A program made the position numbers and the translations under genes. The notes beneath the pieces were generated by a model. That model ran no database searches and was not told where the DNA came from. It was given only the letters and a program-made list of their open reading frames with translations. Below, one piece after another: positions 19,275-29,389 of a stretch of DNA of 64,000 nucleotides. The stretch's first letter is position 1, and every line of letters begins with the position of its first letter. The stretch comes from Deferribacterales bacterium (GTDB lineage: Bacteria > Chrysiogenota > Deferribacteres > Deferribacterales > Geovibrionaceae). The stretch spans positions 1 through 64,000 of the forward strand of contig JBFWJG010000002.1 of the NCBI GenBank assembly GCA_050253335.1, given 5' to 3'.

Positions 19275-20569
19275 TAGCCCTTCTCCTGCTTTTTTCAGCC
19301 TCCGCGCAGGGGGCTGAGCGTCTGGGATATGAACAGGGCAAGGCAAAAGCCCTCTCAGGCAGCAGGATGATCAAGGCCTATGAAGCGGACGCGGAAAGCG
19401 CGCAGTACCGCAGACAGCAGGCCATGGGCGGCTACCTGCCGCAGGTGACCCTGAGCGAAACATGGATGAATACTGACGAACCCTCAAACGCCGCTTTCGC
19501 AAAAATGGCGCAGGGGCGGTTTGACATGCAGTATTTCATGAGCGAACTAGCTGACCCCTCAGACAGAGTTACAAACTACAGAACAAAGCTTGAGATAGTT
19601 CAGCCGATCCTCGCCGGAGGACAGATACGCTACGGAGTGAAACAGGCGGACGCAATACACAAGGCGTCGCTGGAAACTGCCGAGAGGGTGCGCCAGAACA
19701 CAATCTACAGCTTTAACAAGGCTTTCTTCGGGCTCGCTCTGGCGGATAAGGCGCTCTCCACCGTGAAGGTGTCATACGGCAGAACCGAAAAATACTACAC
19801 CATGACAAAAGATTTCTATGACAACGGGCTGATAGTGATGAGCGACCTTCTGGTTGCCGAAACTTATCTTTTGATGAACGATCAGTCTGTGAAAGAGGCG
19901 GAGAAAAACCTCGCAGTCGCATCCAGCCAGCTCCAGAGGCTCCTTGATACAGACAGTGAAATAGCCGTGATATGGGAAGATCCGGGATTCAGCTTTGAGG
20001 AGAATGCGGATAAATACATCGCGCTGGCAGAAAAAGGAAGGCAGGATCTGAAAGCCATGGAGCAGTACGCAAAAACCGCGGACTATGAGCTTGAGAAATC
20101 AAAATCCGCATTCCTCCCTCAGGCGGGGCTCTTCGCGGACTATCAGCGTAATGACGATGAACTCATGGGTAATAACGGCGAAGGATACACCTTCGGCGCG
20201 CAGATAAGCCTTAACCTTTTCAAGGGCGGTTCTGACTACAATAAAATGAGGGCGGAAAAAGCGAATCAGCTCGCAATGCTCCACCGCATAGCCGACAAAA
20301 AGCTTGAGATAAAATCCGAGGTGAAGGAAGCCTACCACTCCGTGCTCGCGGCGGAAAAACAGCTTGAAGCGGCGAAAAAACGTGTGCAGAGCGCATATTC
20401 CGCACTGGAGATAACTGAAAACAGGTTCAAAGAAGGCCTCTCAAAGATCACCGAACTGCTTGACAGGGAAGTGGAACTGAGACAGGCAGAGCTTTCCCTC
20501 TACTTTTCGGAGTACAATCTGATTGTCGCCAAAGCCGGACTTCATTTCGCGGCAGGCATTCTGAAATAA
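19241..20569 (+). CDS. TolC-family outer membrane channel
   Basis: True start is ATG 19241 (SD GGAGG), followed by signal peptide ...SASAQG, and YLPQVTL, FLPQAGL and RFKEGL OEP repeats. Confidence 0.9.
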   Translation: MRFGRLPSGGLIALLLLFSASAQGAERLGYEQGKAKALSGSRMIKAYEADAESAQYRRQQAMGGYLPQVTLSETWMNTDEPSNAAFAKMAQGRFDMQYFMSELADPSDRVTNYRTKLEIVQPILAGGQIRYGVKQADAIHKASLETAERVRQNTIYSFNKAFFGLALADKALSTVKVSYGRTEKYYTMTKDFYDNGLIVMSDLLVAETYLLMNDQSVKEAEKNLAVASSQLQRLLDTDSEIAVIWEDPGFSFEENADKYIALAEKGRQDLKAMEQYAKTADYELEKSKSAFLPQAGLFADYQRNDDELMGNNGEGYTFGAQISLNLFKGGSDYNKMRAEKANQLAMLHRIADKKLEIKSEVKEAYHSVLAAEKQLEAAKKRVQSAYSALEITENRFKEGLSKITELLDREVELRQAELSLYFSEYNLIVAKAGLHFAAGILK

Positions 20570-20675
20570 AAAAGGTGTAAAATTAAAAATGAGAGCATCA
20601 CTTCATTTTTTTGGTGCGCTCTAAATATCGTAAAATTTATATAAACTGAAATATGATTATTAAGGAGAATATAAA

Positions 20676-21767
20676 ATGAAGAGAGCAGTCTTTCTTCTCG
20701 CTCTGCTGATAATGGCTGTTTCCTGCTCCGACAGGAAAACGGAGGAGGCGGCAAAGCCCGAGATACGCAGTGTTAAAGCTCCGGTCGCGGCGGCGCAGAA
20801 GGCCGAAGTACCGTCATCCAGAACATTTTCCGCCACTGTCTCAAGCGGGAAGACCGCCTTTGTGATCCCTAAGATTGTGGGCTATATAGAATCTGTAAAC
20901 TTTTCCCCCGGCGACACTTTCAGGCAAGGGGAAGTCCTCGTGAGCATAAAAAGCGGTGAGCTTGAGGAGAAAAAACGCTTTGCGGAAAGCTCCGTAGCCG
21001 AAGCTGAAACAGGGCTAAGGCAGGCAGAGGTTAATCTCACCCTTGCGGAGAAGACATTTCAGCGTTACTCCAACCTGATCAAAAACAACAGCGTAAGCAG
21101 GCAGGAATACGACCAGATAGAGGCGCAGTTCAGCCTCGCTAAGGAGCAGGTGCGTCAGGCTGCGACAAAGAAGCGTCAGGCCGAGGCCATGTACGCCGAG
21201 GTGAACACCTATCTTTCATACACTCAGATACGGGCGCCCTTTGACGGCATAGTCCTCGAAAAGCTTGTGGATGCAGGCAACCTCGCCGCCCCCGGCAGTC
21301 CCATACTCCGGATAGGCTCCAAGGACACAGTGGTTTACGCATTCATAAACGAAAGCCTTTTCAACTCACTCAAAACCGGGATGAAGGCCACAGTTGAGGC
21401 GGAATCGATCAATTTCACCTGTGAAAGCGAAATAACGGAAATCAGCCCTGATATAGACTCCGCAACCAGAAACTTCCGCATAAAGCTCAAAGGAAACGAC
21501 AGCTTTGTAACCGGAATGTACGTAAAAGTGATTCTCCCCACCGGAACGGGTGAGAAGATAGTCGTGCCCGCATCGGCAGTTGTTCAGCGCGGTCAGCTCT
21601 CAGTGATATTCGTTGTCAGGGACGGGCACGCAGACATGCGCATAGTAAAAACAGGGCAGACATTCGCCGAGGGCGTGGAGATAATCAGCGGCCTCAATGA
21701 GGGGGAAACCTACGTTGCTGACAATGCTTCATCCCTCAGAACAGGCGACAGAATAGAGGCTCAGTGA
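20676..21767 (+). CDS. RND periplasmic adaptor (MFP) lipoprotein
   Basis: Lipobox AVSC, IRAPFDG and GVEIISGL. Confidence 0.92.
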   Translation: MKRAVFLLALLIMAVSCSDRKTEEAAKPEIRSVKAPVAAAQKAEVPSSRTFSATVSSGKTAFVIPKIVGYIESVNFSPGDTFRQGEVLVSIKSGELEEKKRFAESSVAEAETGLRQAEVNLTLAEKTFQRYSNLIKNNSVSRQEYDQIEAQFSLAKEQVRQAATKKRQAEAMYAEVNTYLSYTQIRAPFDGIVLEKLVDAGNLAAPGSPILRIGSKDTVVYAFINESLFNSLKTGMKATVEAESINFTCESEITEISPDIDSATRNFRIKLKGNDSFVTGMYVKVILPTGTGEKIVVPASAVVQRGQLSVIFVVRDGHADMRIVKTGQTFAEGVEIISGLNEGETYVADNASSLRTGDRIEAQ

Positions 21768-24700
21768 TGAAACCCCATGACATAACGGAAGACAAGCAGA
21801 ATTTTGCCTCAAAGATGGCCTCCGCCTTCATAACAAGCAAGATTACGCCTCTTCTCATAATAGCCACACTCTTCATAGGCATCGCGGCGGTCATCATGAC
21901 CCCTAAGGAGGAGGAGCCTCAGATCACCGTTCCGATGATCGACATCATAGTCCCTTATCCCGGGGCGGATGCCAAAAACGTTGAGAAAACCATAACCGAG
22001 CCTCTGGAGGAGATAATCTGGGAGATTCCGGGTGTGGAATACGTTTACAGCACAGCTTCAAACGACATGGGTGTGGTGATTGTCCGCTTTAAAGTCGGAA
22101 TGAATGAGGAAGAGAGCATCACCAACCTTAAAATGAAAATAGACAGCAATATGGACAGAATGCCCTACGGTGTTCTGCCTCCGCTGATAAAAAAGGAATC
22201 CATAGACGATGTGCCGCAGGTTGCGGTAACCCTCTGGTCCGAAACTCTGGATGCGTTTGAGCTCCGCCGTGTGGCGGCTGAGGCGCAGAAATATCTAAAG
22301 GAGGTTCCGGATGTTTCCAGAACATCCATCCTCGGCGGGTATAAGCGCGTTCTGCGGATCGAACCTGAGATGGACAGGCTCAAAGCCTACAGTCTTGACC
22401 TTTTCAGTCTGTTCAAAGCCCTTGAATCATCCAACAAGTCCCTGAACACAGGGGAGGTTGTGCAGAACAATGAGGTTCTCTACATAACAGCGGGCGGCTT
22501 CTTCAAAGACCCTGACGAAGTGCGCAATGCCGTTGTGGGAGTGCATAACGGAAAGGCGGTTCTGCTCAAGGATGTGGCAAAAATCACGGACGGAGCGGAG
22601 ATCCCCTCCTCCTACACCCTCATGGGTTTTAATGAAAACATCTCCGCAGACAGGTATCAGGCTGTTACAGTCTCCCTCTCCAAAAGAAAAGGGAGCGACT
22701 CCGTGGTGGTTGCGGAAAATGTCCTGAACAAGCTTGAAGGACTCAAAGGCTACATCATCCCCGAAGGGGTGAACATAACAGTAACCAGAAACTACGGCGA
22801 AACGGCATACGAAAAGGTTATGACCCTCCTTGAGCATCTTCTGGGCGCTATACTGGCCGTTATAATCGTTATGACAATAACAATGGGCTGGCGCGCCGGA
22901 ACAGTGGTTTTCGTGGCGCTTCCCGTTACCTTCGCCCTGACTCTGTTTGTGTACTTCATGCTGGACTACACGCTGAACAGGGTGACTCTTTTCGCCCTGA
23001 TCTTCGTCACGGGGCTTGTGGTGGATGATGCCATCATTGTTGTGGAGAACATGGAGCGGCACTTCAAAATGTCCCGCAAAAACCTCCTGAAAAGGGCGGT
23101 CTACGCTGTGGGAGAGGTGGGCAACCCCACAATCCTCGCCACCGTCACCGTTATCGTAGCCCTTTACCCCATGGCATTTGTCCGCGGACTTATGGGCCCG
23201 TACATGAAGCCCATGCCCATAGGCGCCTCACTGGCTATGATCTTCTCCCTCTTTGTGGCGCTTATCATTACCCCTTGGCTGGCGTACAAGCTTCTGGGCA
23301 GTGCGAAGCACAAAGAGGACGAAGAGGAGCATGACGAAGAGGAATATATAAAAAATACAAGGCTTTATAAATTCTACAACCATATGCTGACACCATTCAT
23401 GAACAGCCTCGGCAAAAGGCTTATACTGGGCGCAGTTGTGCTTGCCCTGTTTGCGGGGGCGTTCATGTTTGTTCCCGCCAAGCTGGTTGTTATGAAGATG
23501 CTCCCGTTCGACAACAAGAACGAGATGCAGATAATAATCGACATGCCCGAAGGCACACCTCTTGAGCAGACCACACTTGTGGCAACGGAAATAGGCGCTT
23601 ATCTCTCCACCGTGCAGGAGGTTGAGAACTACCAGATATATTCCGGCACTCACGCCCCCATAAACTTTAACGGGCTTGTGCGTCACTATTTCCACAGAAA
23701 CGCCCCGAACATGGCGGATATTCAGGTGAACTTCGCCGATAAAAGCATGAGAGATCTGCAAAGCCATGATCTGGCCAAGAAACTGCGAGGACCTGTGCAG
23801 GAGATAGCAGGCCGGTTCGGCGCGAATGTCAAAATGACAGAGGTTCCGCCCGGGCCGCCTGTTCTCTCAACACTTGTGGCGGAAGTTTACGGCCCTGACG
23901 CACAGACGCGGGCAGAAATCGCGGATCAGGTGCTCAAGGTATTTCACGACACCGAAGGCGTGGTGGACATAGACACATACGAAGAGGCGGACATGCGCCA
24001 GCTCAGCTTCACTGTGGATAAGGAAAAGGCGGCTCTTGTGGGTGTTTCCTCGGAGATGGTTTCCCAGACTCTGTACATGGCGCTCAAAGGGATGCAGGCG
24101 GGAATCCTCCACACAGGAACCGACAGGGAGGACGTGAGCATCATGGTTCAGCTTCCTCAGGCGGAAAAGAATGCCCTGAACAGCCTTCAGGACATACATC
24201 TTATCTCCATGACGGGCGCTCCTGTCTCATTGAGCGAGCTTGTGAGAATGCACGAGACAACAAAGGAAAAAGCCATTTACCATAAAAACATGCAGCCGGT
24301 CACATACATAACCGCCGATGTGGCGGGGGTTGAGGAAAGCCCCGTCTACGCTATTCTGAAAATGAAGGAGCGTGTGACGGAGATAACCCATAACGGCTCA
24401 CCTGTGAGGCAGTACTGGACAAACTCCCCTGAGTTCACGGACGTACCCTCCGTTAAGTGGGACGGCGAATGGCAGATAACCTACGAAGTCTTCAGGGATC
24501 TGGGGCTTGCCTTCGCGGCTGTGCTTGTGATCATGTACTTTGTGCTTGTGGGCTGGTTTAAGTCGTTCGTAACACCTGTGATAATGATGATCCCCATACC
24601 GCTTAGCCTTCTGGGTATAATCCCCGGCCACTGGCTGTTCGGCGAGTTTTTCACCGCGACAAGCATGATAGGCTTTATGGCTCTGGCGGGGATAATGGTT

Positions 24701-24982
24701 CGCAACGCCGTGCTTCTAATCGACTTCATAGACCACGGCACGGCAAACGGCAAATCCCTCGAACAGGCGGTGATAGAATCCGGCGCAATAAGGACACGTC
24801 CGGTCATGCTCACCACAGTTACGGTTATGGTTGGCGCGCTGTTCATGCTGCCTGACCCTATATTCTCAGGCCTCGGCGTTTCGCTCATTACGGGCGCGTT
24901 CGTCTCCACTGTTCTTACCCTGCTGGTTATCCCGCTGGCGTATTACAGATACCACAGGCTCAGGGAGAGATTTCTGAGATAA
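21764..24982 (+). CDS. RND efflux permease
   Basis: 1072 aa with PKEEEPQI, GLVVDDAIIVVEN and RTRPVMLT. Confidence 0.95.
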   Translation: MMKPHDITEDKQNFASKMASAFITSKITPLLIIATLFIGIAAVIMTPKEEEPQITVPMIDIIVPYPGADAKNVEKTITEPLEEIIWEIPGVEYVYSTASNDMGVVIVRFKVGMNEEESITNLKMKIDSNMDRMPYGVLPPLIKKESIDDVPQVAVTLWSETLDAFELRRVAAEAQKYLKEVPDVSRTSILGGYKRVLRIEPEMDRLKAYSLDLFSLFKALESSNKSLNTGEVVQNNEVLYITAGGFFKDPDEVRNAVVGVHNGKAVLLKDVAKITDGAEIPSSYTLMGFNENISADRYQAVTVSLSKRKGSDSVVVAENVLNKLEGLKGYIIPEGVNITVTRNYGETAYEKVMTLLEHLLGAILAVIIVMTITMGWRAGTVVFVALPVTFALTLFVYFMLDYTLNRVTLFALIFVTGLVVDDAIIVVENMERHFKMSRKNLLKRAVYAVGEVGNPTILATVTVIVALYPMAFVRGLMGPYMKPMPIGASLAMIFSLFVALIITPWLAYKLLGSAKHKEDEEEHDEEEYIKNTRLYKFYNHMLTPFMNSLGKRLILGAVVLALFAGAFMFVPAKLVVMKMLPFDNKNEMQIIIDMPEGTPLEQTTLVATEIGAYLSTVQEVENYQIYSGTHAPINFNGLVRHYFHRNAPNMADIQVNFADKSMRDLQSHDLAKKLRGPVQEIAGRFGANVKMTEVPPGPPVLSTLVAEVYGPDAQTRAEIADQVLKVFHDTEGVVDIDTYEEADMRQLSFTVDKEKAALVGVSSEMVSQTLYMALKGMQAGILHTGTDREDVSIMVQLPQAEKNALNSLQDIHLISMTGAPVSLSELVRMHETTKEKAIYHKNMQPVTYITADVAGVEESPVYAILKMKERVTEITHNGSPVRQYWTNSPEFTDVPSVKWDGEWQITYEVFRDLGLAFAAVLVIMYFVLVGWFKSFVTPVIMMIPIPLSLLGIIPGHWLFGEFFTATSMIGFMALAGIMVRNAVLLIDFIDHGTANGKSLEQAVIESGAIRTRPVMLTTVTVMVGALFMLPDPIFSGLGVSLITGAFVSTVLTLLVIPLAYYRYHRLRERFLR

Positions 24983-25075
24983 AAACGCAGGTTTTGACAA
25001 AACCTCGCCAATGGTTATAAAAATCCCCCTCTGTCCCCCTTTTATAAAGGGGGAAGTCAATAAACATAAAGGAGT

Positions 25076-25273
25076 ATGAATATGTCAGTTAAGTATATTT
25101 TAAGACTTGTACCGGGAATAATGATACTTGCGAGCCTCGCCCTCGGCGTATGGGTAAATCAATGGTGGCTTCTTCTTGCCGCATTTGTGGGTCTGAACCT
25201 GCTTCAGTCGGCATTCACCAAATGGTGCCTCCTTGAGGACATACTGATCAAAATGGGCATACCTAAAGAATAA
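25076..25273 (+). CDS. DUF2892 (YgaP-like) small membrane protein
   Basis: FVGLNLLQSAFTKWC signature. SD AAGGAG. Confidence 0.88.
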   Translation: MNMSVKYILRLVPGIMILASLALGVWVNQWWLLLAAFVGLNLLQSAFTKWCLLEDILIKMGIPKE

Positions 25274-25282
25274 GCTCCTCAC

Positions 25283-25325
25283 AAAGCCTCCGCTCTCAAA
25301 AAAAAGACAGGGTGGGGGCTTTTTT
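25283..25325 (+). terminator. Intrinsic terminator of the ArsR-RND operon
   Basis: AGCCTCCGCTCT/AGGGTGGGGGCT stem (with G-U pairs) followed by a T-tract. Confidence 0.6.
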
Positions 25326-25334
25326 CTTTTTTGC

Positions 25335-25345
25335 GCAAGAATCGG
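25335..25345 (+). promoter_or_regulatory. Putative Cada2-type box (GCAA-N4-CGG)
   Basis: GCAAGAATCGG about 60 bp upstream of the Ada-like gene. Confidence 0.55.
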
Positions 25346-25407
25346 GTGGATGCGGTCGCTTTTTAAGTTTATTTTATTCCTAAGCTGAAAAAAGAGGCAG
25401 GCAGACC

Positions 25408-26238
25408 ATGAACCATGCGGACTATTACCGGATAGAAAAAGCCATACGCTTCATAGAGCAGAACGCGGGTGAACAGCCCTCCCTGGATGACATAGCCGCT
25501 CACCTCGGGCTGAGCCCCTTCCACTTTCAGCGGATGTTCACCGACTGGGCGGGGATAAGCCCCAAGCGTTTTTTGCAGTGCCTCACCATAGAGACGGCGA
25601 AAAGGCTTCTGGATGAATCCCGCTCTGTGCTTGAGGCCTCAATGGAGGCAGGGCTCAGCGGGCCTTCCCGTCTGCATGATCTTTTTGTCAGTGTCGATGC
25701 CGTCACCCCCGGGGAATACAAGAGCATGGGGAGCGGGCTTGTTATCAGATACGGCTTTCAGCCCACCCCCTTCGGCATGTGCATGGCGGCTCTCACGGAG
25801 CGGGGGCTCTGCTCCCTTGCTTTTGCGGATGAGGCTGATGCAGGAAGAGAAACGGAAGACCTGAAAAACAGATGGCAGAATGCGAAACTGATACGGGATG
25901 ACGGAGCTGTCGGGGAAACGGTTCAGAGTATATTTAATCCGGAAAAAGACAGCAGCATCAGACTTTTCATGAAGGGGACAAACTTCCAGATCAAGGTCTG
26001 GACGGCAGTTCTCCACCTGCCTTACGGCGTTTTCACGACATACGGCGGTCTGGCGGGGATGATCGGCTCGCCTGCCGCATCAAGGGCAGTGGGAACCGCG
26101 CTGGGGCAAAACCGCATAGGCTATGTTATCCCCTGCCACAGGGTGCTGAGAGAGACAGGCGCAGTCACGGGCTACCGCTGGGGCTCGGCACGCAAAAAGG
26201 CAATGATAGCTCTGGAAGCCTGCGTTAAAGACAGATAA
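25408..26238 (+). CDS. AraC-HTH / O6-methylguanine methyltransferase fusion (Ada/Cada2-like, no Zn-finger domain)
   Basis: LSPFHFQRMF, SRLHDLF, GTNFQIKVW and active site IPCHRV. Confidence 0.92.
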   Translation: MNHADYYRIEKAIRFIEQNAGEQPSLDDIAAHLGLSPFHFQRMFTDWAGISPKRFLQCLTIETAKRLLDESRSVLEASMEAGLSGPSRLHDLFVSVDAVTPGEYKSMGSGLVIRYGFQPTPFGMCMAALTERGLCSLAFADEADAGRETEDLKNRWQNAKLIRDDGAVGETVQSIFNPEKDSSIRLFMKGTNFQIKVWTAVLHLPYGVFTTYGGLAGMIGSPAASRAVGTALGQNRIGYVIPCHRVLRETGAVTGYRWGSARKKAMIALEACVKDR

Positions 26239-26287
26239 GCCGCTGATTCCTGTTTACACAGCACTGATCCTGCCGTAATATCCGCTT

Positions 26288-27349
26288 ATGAATATCATGA
26301 AATTCGATTTCACAATAAAAAACATAGCCATAGTAGTGGCGCTGGCGGTTGTGATCCTCCTTGTGATCAAGCTCCAGACCCTTGTGACCATATTCGCCGT
26401 ATCCTTTTTTCTGGCTTATCTCTTCGACCCGCTCATCAACTGGTTCGAAGGAAAAAAGGTTCCGCGCTGGCTTTCCATAATCCTGCTCTACACAGTTGTA
26501 ACATTCATAAGCGTGCTGTTTTTCGGCTCAATGATTCCGGTTATATATCAGGAGAGCGTTCATCTGGCGGAGGCTCTCCCCGCATATTCTGAAAAGCTTT
26601 TCAGCCTTGTGGACAGTCTCACCGACCGCTTCGGCATCGACATTTCCTTTGAGGATATCCAGAAGCAGCTTCTCCCTAAGCTGGCAGGAATAGGCGGTTC
26701 CGTTCTGTCCTCGGCGGAAGGGGTGATGGAGTCTGTGAACACTGCCGTGACCCTGCTTCTGAACATAGCGCTGATACCCATACTCACGTTTTACTTCCTG
26801 AAGGATTTCAGCAGTATAAAAGATAAAATGTTCGACAAGTTCTCCGGAACCTCAAGCATAGACTACCCCAAGCATTTCATGCATTTCAACTCACTCCTCA
26901 GCAGGTATTTCAGGGGTCAGGTGCTTGTGGCTGTGTTCCTGGGAATCTCCTACACCATAGTTCTGCTCATTGCGGGGGTTAAGCCTGCAATACTCCTCGG
27001 ACTTATATCAGGCGTGCTGAGCATCGTGCCTTATCTCGGCTTTATGATAGGCTTCTCCGCATCGCTGATGCTTTCCGTTGTGCAGTACGGGGATTTTCTC
27101 CATCCTCTGATGGTGATTGTCGGCTTCTCCATAGTTCAGGCACTGGAGAGCAATTATGTCACCCCGAAAATTGTCGGTGAGTCTCTGGGGCTTCACCCCA
27201 CTGCGGTTATCTTCGCGCTGATGGCGGGCGGTTCACTGATGGGAATAGGGGGGATGATCATCGCCCTGCCTGTCGCTTCTTTCATCAAAGTCGTGGGGGA
27301 TGAATATCTCAGCCGGGTAAAACAGGACAAATCCTCTAAAAAGGCATAA
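26288..27349 (+). CDS. AI-2E family transporter
   Basis: LAYLFDPL, YFRGQ, VPYLG and PKIVGESLGLHP. Confidence 0.9.
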   Translation: MNIMKFDFTIKNIAIVVALAVVILLVIKLQTLVTIFAVSFFLAYLFDPLINWFEGKKVPRWLSIILLYTVVTFISVLFFGSMIPVIYQESVHLAEALPAYSEKLFSLVDSLTDRFGIDISFEDIQKQLLPKLAGIGGSVLSSAEGVMESVNTAVTLLLNIALIPILTFYFLKDFSSIKDKMFDKFSGTSSIDYPKHFMHFNSLLSRYFRGQVLVAVFLGISYTIVLLIAGVKPAILLGLISGVLSIVPYLGFMIGFSASLMLSVVQYGDFLHPLMVIVGFSIVQALESNYVTPKIVGESLGLHPTAVIFALMAGGSLMGIGGMIIALPVASFIKVVGDEYLSRVKQDKSSKKA

Positions 27350-27380
27350 AAAAAGGTCTGCCTCCCTAAGGAAGCAGACC
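27348..27380 (-). terminator. Intrinsic terminator of rpsB-tsf
   Basis: GGTCTGC/GCAGACC stem followed by 7 T on the minus strand. Confidence 0.75.
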
Positions 27381-27424
27381 CTGAACTTTTTTCATTATCT
27401 CAAAAGCTGTTACGAAACAGGAGC

Positions 27425-28294
27425 CTACTGCTTGATCTGTTTCATTACCTCTTCCACAAAGTTTTCCTGCTTTTTTTCTATGCCTTCTCCCATCTGGAAA
27501 CGGGTAAAGGAAATGATTTTTGAGCCTTTGCCCGCAAGAAGCTGCTCGATTGTGACATCAGGGTTCTTAACGAAGGGCTGGTGAACAAGGCACACTTCTT
27601 TAAGGAGTTTTGCGACCTGACCCTTAACAATGTTGGGGATCATGTTCGCGGGTTTGCCCTGCTCGGCAAGCTTGGCGGCGAAGATTTCCTCTTCTTTTGC
27701 TATGTACTCAGGATCAACTGAATCTGAGTTGAGGAACTTGGGGTTTGATGCCGCAACATGAAGGCAGACATCTTTCGCAAGCTCGGCGTCTCCGCCTTCA
27801 AGCTCAACAACAACACCGATTTTACCGCCCATGTGGATGTAAGTTCCGATGTTGCCGCCTTCGCATCTTTTGAAGCGGCGTATGCTTATTTTCTCGCCGA
27901 TTGTGGCTATTTTCTCGTTAAGAATTTCCGCAACTGTCTTGCCTTCGGTCTGAACCTGAAGAAGAGCGTCAACGTCAGCGGGGTTTTTATCTGTGATAAC
28001 TTCGGCTATCTGTTTTGTGAAAGCGAGGAAATCAGCGTTTTTCGCAACAAAGTCGGTCTCGGAGTTGATTTCAACTATAACGCCGACACTTCCTTTAAGG
28101 CAGTCTGCAACAACGCCTTCTGCTGCGATTCTGCCTTCTTTTTTGGCAGCGGCGGAAAGGCCTTTCTTCCTGAGGAAGTCGATAGCCGCTTCCATATCGC
28201 CGTTGGTTTCGGAAAGAGCTTTTTTGCAGTCCATCATGCCTGCGCCGGTTTTCTCACGGAGTTCTTTTACAAGTGCTGCTGATATTTCTGCCAT
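27425..28294 (-). CDS. tsf: Elongation factor Ts
   Basis: LREKTGAGMMDCKKAL and ETDFVAKN. Confidence 0.98.
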   Translation of the reverse strand: MAEISAALVKELREKTGAGMMDCKKALSETNGDMEAAIDFLRKKGLSAAAKKEGRIAAEGVVADCLKGSVGVIVEINSETDFVAKNADFLAFTKQIAEVITDKNPADVDALLQVQTEGKTVAEILNEKIATIGEKISIRRFKRCEGGNIGTYIHMGGKIGVVVELEGGDAELAKDVCLHVAASNPKFLNSDSVDPEYIAKEEEIFAAKLAEQGKPANMIPNIVKGQVAKLLKEVCLVHQPFVKNPDVTIEQLLAGKGSKIISFTRFQMGEGIEKKQENFVEEVMKQIKQ

Positions 28295-28299
28295 GGTGA

Positions 28300-29112
28300 T
28301 TAGTCCTCATCCTTTATTTCGGGTTTTACTGAAGCGAGTTCTTTCGCGAGTTCCGCTTCATCAACAATTTCCTCAACGGGGACATCGTCAGCGCCTGCGC
28401 TTCTGATCTCTTCGATGAGGTTGTCCTCTCTGAGCTGTTTGCCTTCAAGAACAGCATCGGCGATTCTGACAGCGATAAGCTGGCAGGCGCGGATAGCATC
28501 GTCGTTACCGGGGATGGGGAAGTCAACAAGGTCGGGGTCGCAGTTGGTGTCAACTATGGCAACAACGGGTATGCCGAGTTTGTGAGCTTCGCTGATTGCG
28601 TTCTGCTCAAGTTTGATGTCTATTACGAACATAACATCGGGGATGTCAGTCATTTCTTTGATACCGCTGAGGTTTTTAGTGAGTTTTTCGAACTCTCTGC
28701 GGAGAACGGCCTGCTCTTTTTTGGTGAATCTGTTGATGTAGCCGCTTTCAAACATATCCTCAAGCTCTTTCAGCCTTGCGATACGTCCTTTGATTGTTTC
28801 GAAGTTGGTGAGCATCCCGCCCAGCCATCTCTGGTTTACATAGTAAGCGCCGCATTTGTCAGCCGCTTCCTTGATAGCTTCCTGAGCCTGTTTTTTCGTG
28901 CCCACGAAAAGGAACTTGCTGCCCGCTTTGGAAGCGTCTCTGGTGAATTCGTATGCCTGATTGAAGCACTGCACTGTTTTCTGGAGGTCGAGGATGTAGA
29001 TGCCGTTTCTCGCGCCGAAAACATATTTGGACATTTTGGGGTTCCAGCGTTTTGTCTGGTGACCGAAGTGAACGCCTGCCTCAAGCAGGTTTTTCATTGA
29101 AATGTAGGACAT
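28300..29112 (-). CDS. rpsB: 30S ribosomal protein S2
   Basis: [16 protein letters not shown] and PGNDDAIR. Start ATG 29112 after SD AGGAGG. Confidence 0.98.
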   Translation of the reverse strand: MSYISMKNLLEAGVHFGHQTKRWNPKMSKYVFGARNGIYILDLQKTVQCFNQAYEFTRDASKAGSKFLFVGTKKQAQEAIKEAADKCGAYYVNQRWLGGMLTNFETIKGRIARLKELEDMFESGYINRFTKKEQAVLRREFEKLTKNLSGIKEMTDIPDVMFVIDIKLEQNAISEAHKLGIPVVAIVDTNCDPDLVDFPIPGNDDAIRACQLIAVRIADAVLEGKQLREDNLIEEIRSAGADDVPVEEIVDEAELAKELASVKPEIKDED

Positions 29113-29129
29113 GTGAGTCCCTCCTTTTT

Positions 29130-29208
29130 GTTTTTCCTCCGCCTGTTTTCCGGAAAGCACCTTGTTTAACAGGCACATGCCGCCGGAAAGGATGATCAGG
29201 CGTGTGAA
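29130..29208 (-). ncRNA. rpsB 5' leader (t44-like S2 autoregulatory RNA)
   Basis: Minus strand CACACGCCUG...CAGGCGGAGGAAAAAC long stem immediately upstream of rpsB. Confidence 0.65.
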
Positions 29209-29389
29209 ATGGACTTGACTTTTAACATTTGCCATAGAAAAGATCAAGGATTAATGGGCGTTTCAGCGGTTTTTTTGTATAATTTTTTTCAACACGCCCC
29301 TTACCGCTTTACTAAGCAGTTAAAAAAACTTAAAACTGCCTTAAATGCAAGTGCCGGTTCTCAGAAACCGCACGCAAGGAGACGCCTGA

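Noticed and set aside
25022..25054. TCCCCCTTT/AAAGGGGGA hairpin as a repeat family
   Set aside because: Single copy in the window; probably an intercistronic stem.
29113..29247. 45-aa N-terminal extension of RpsB
   Set aside because: This is the RNA leader and promoter; the true start is 29112.
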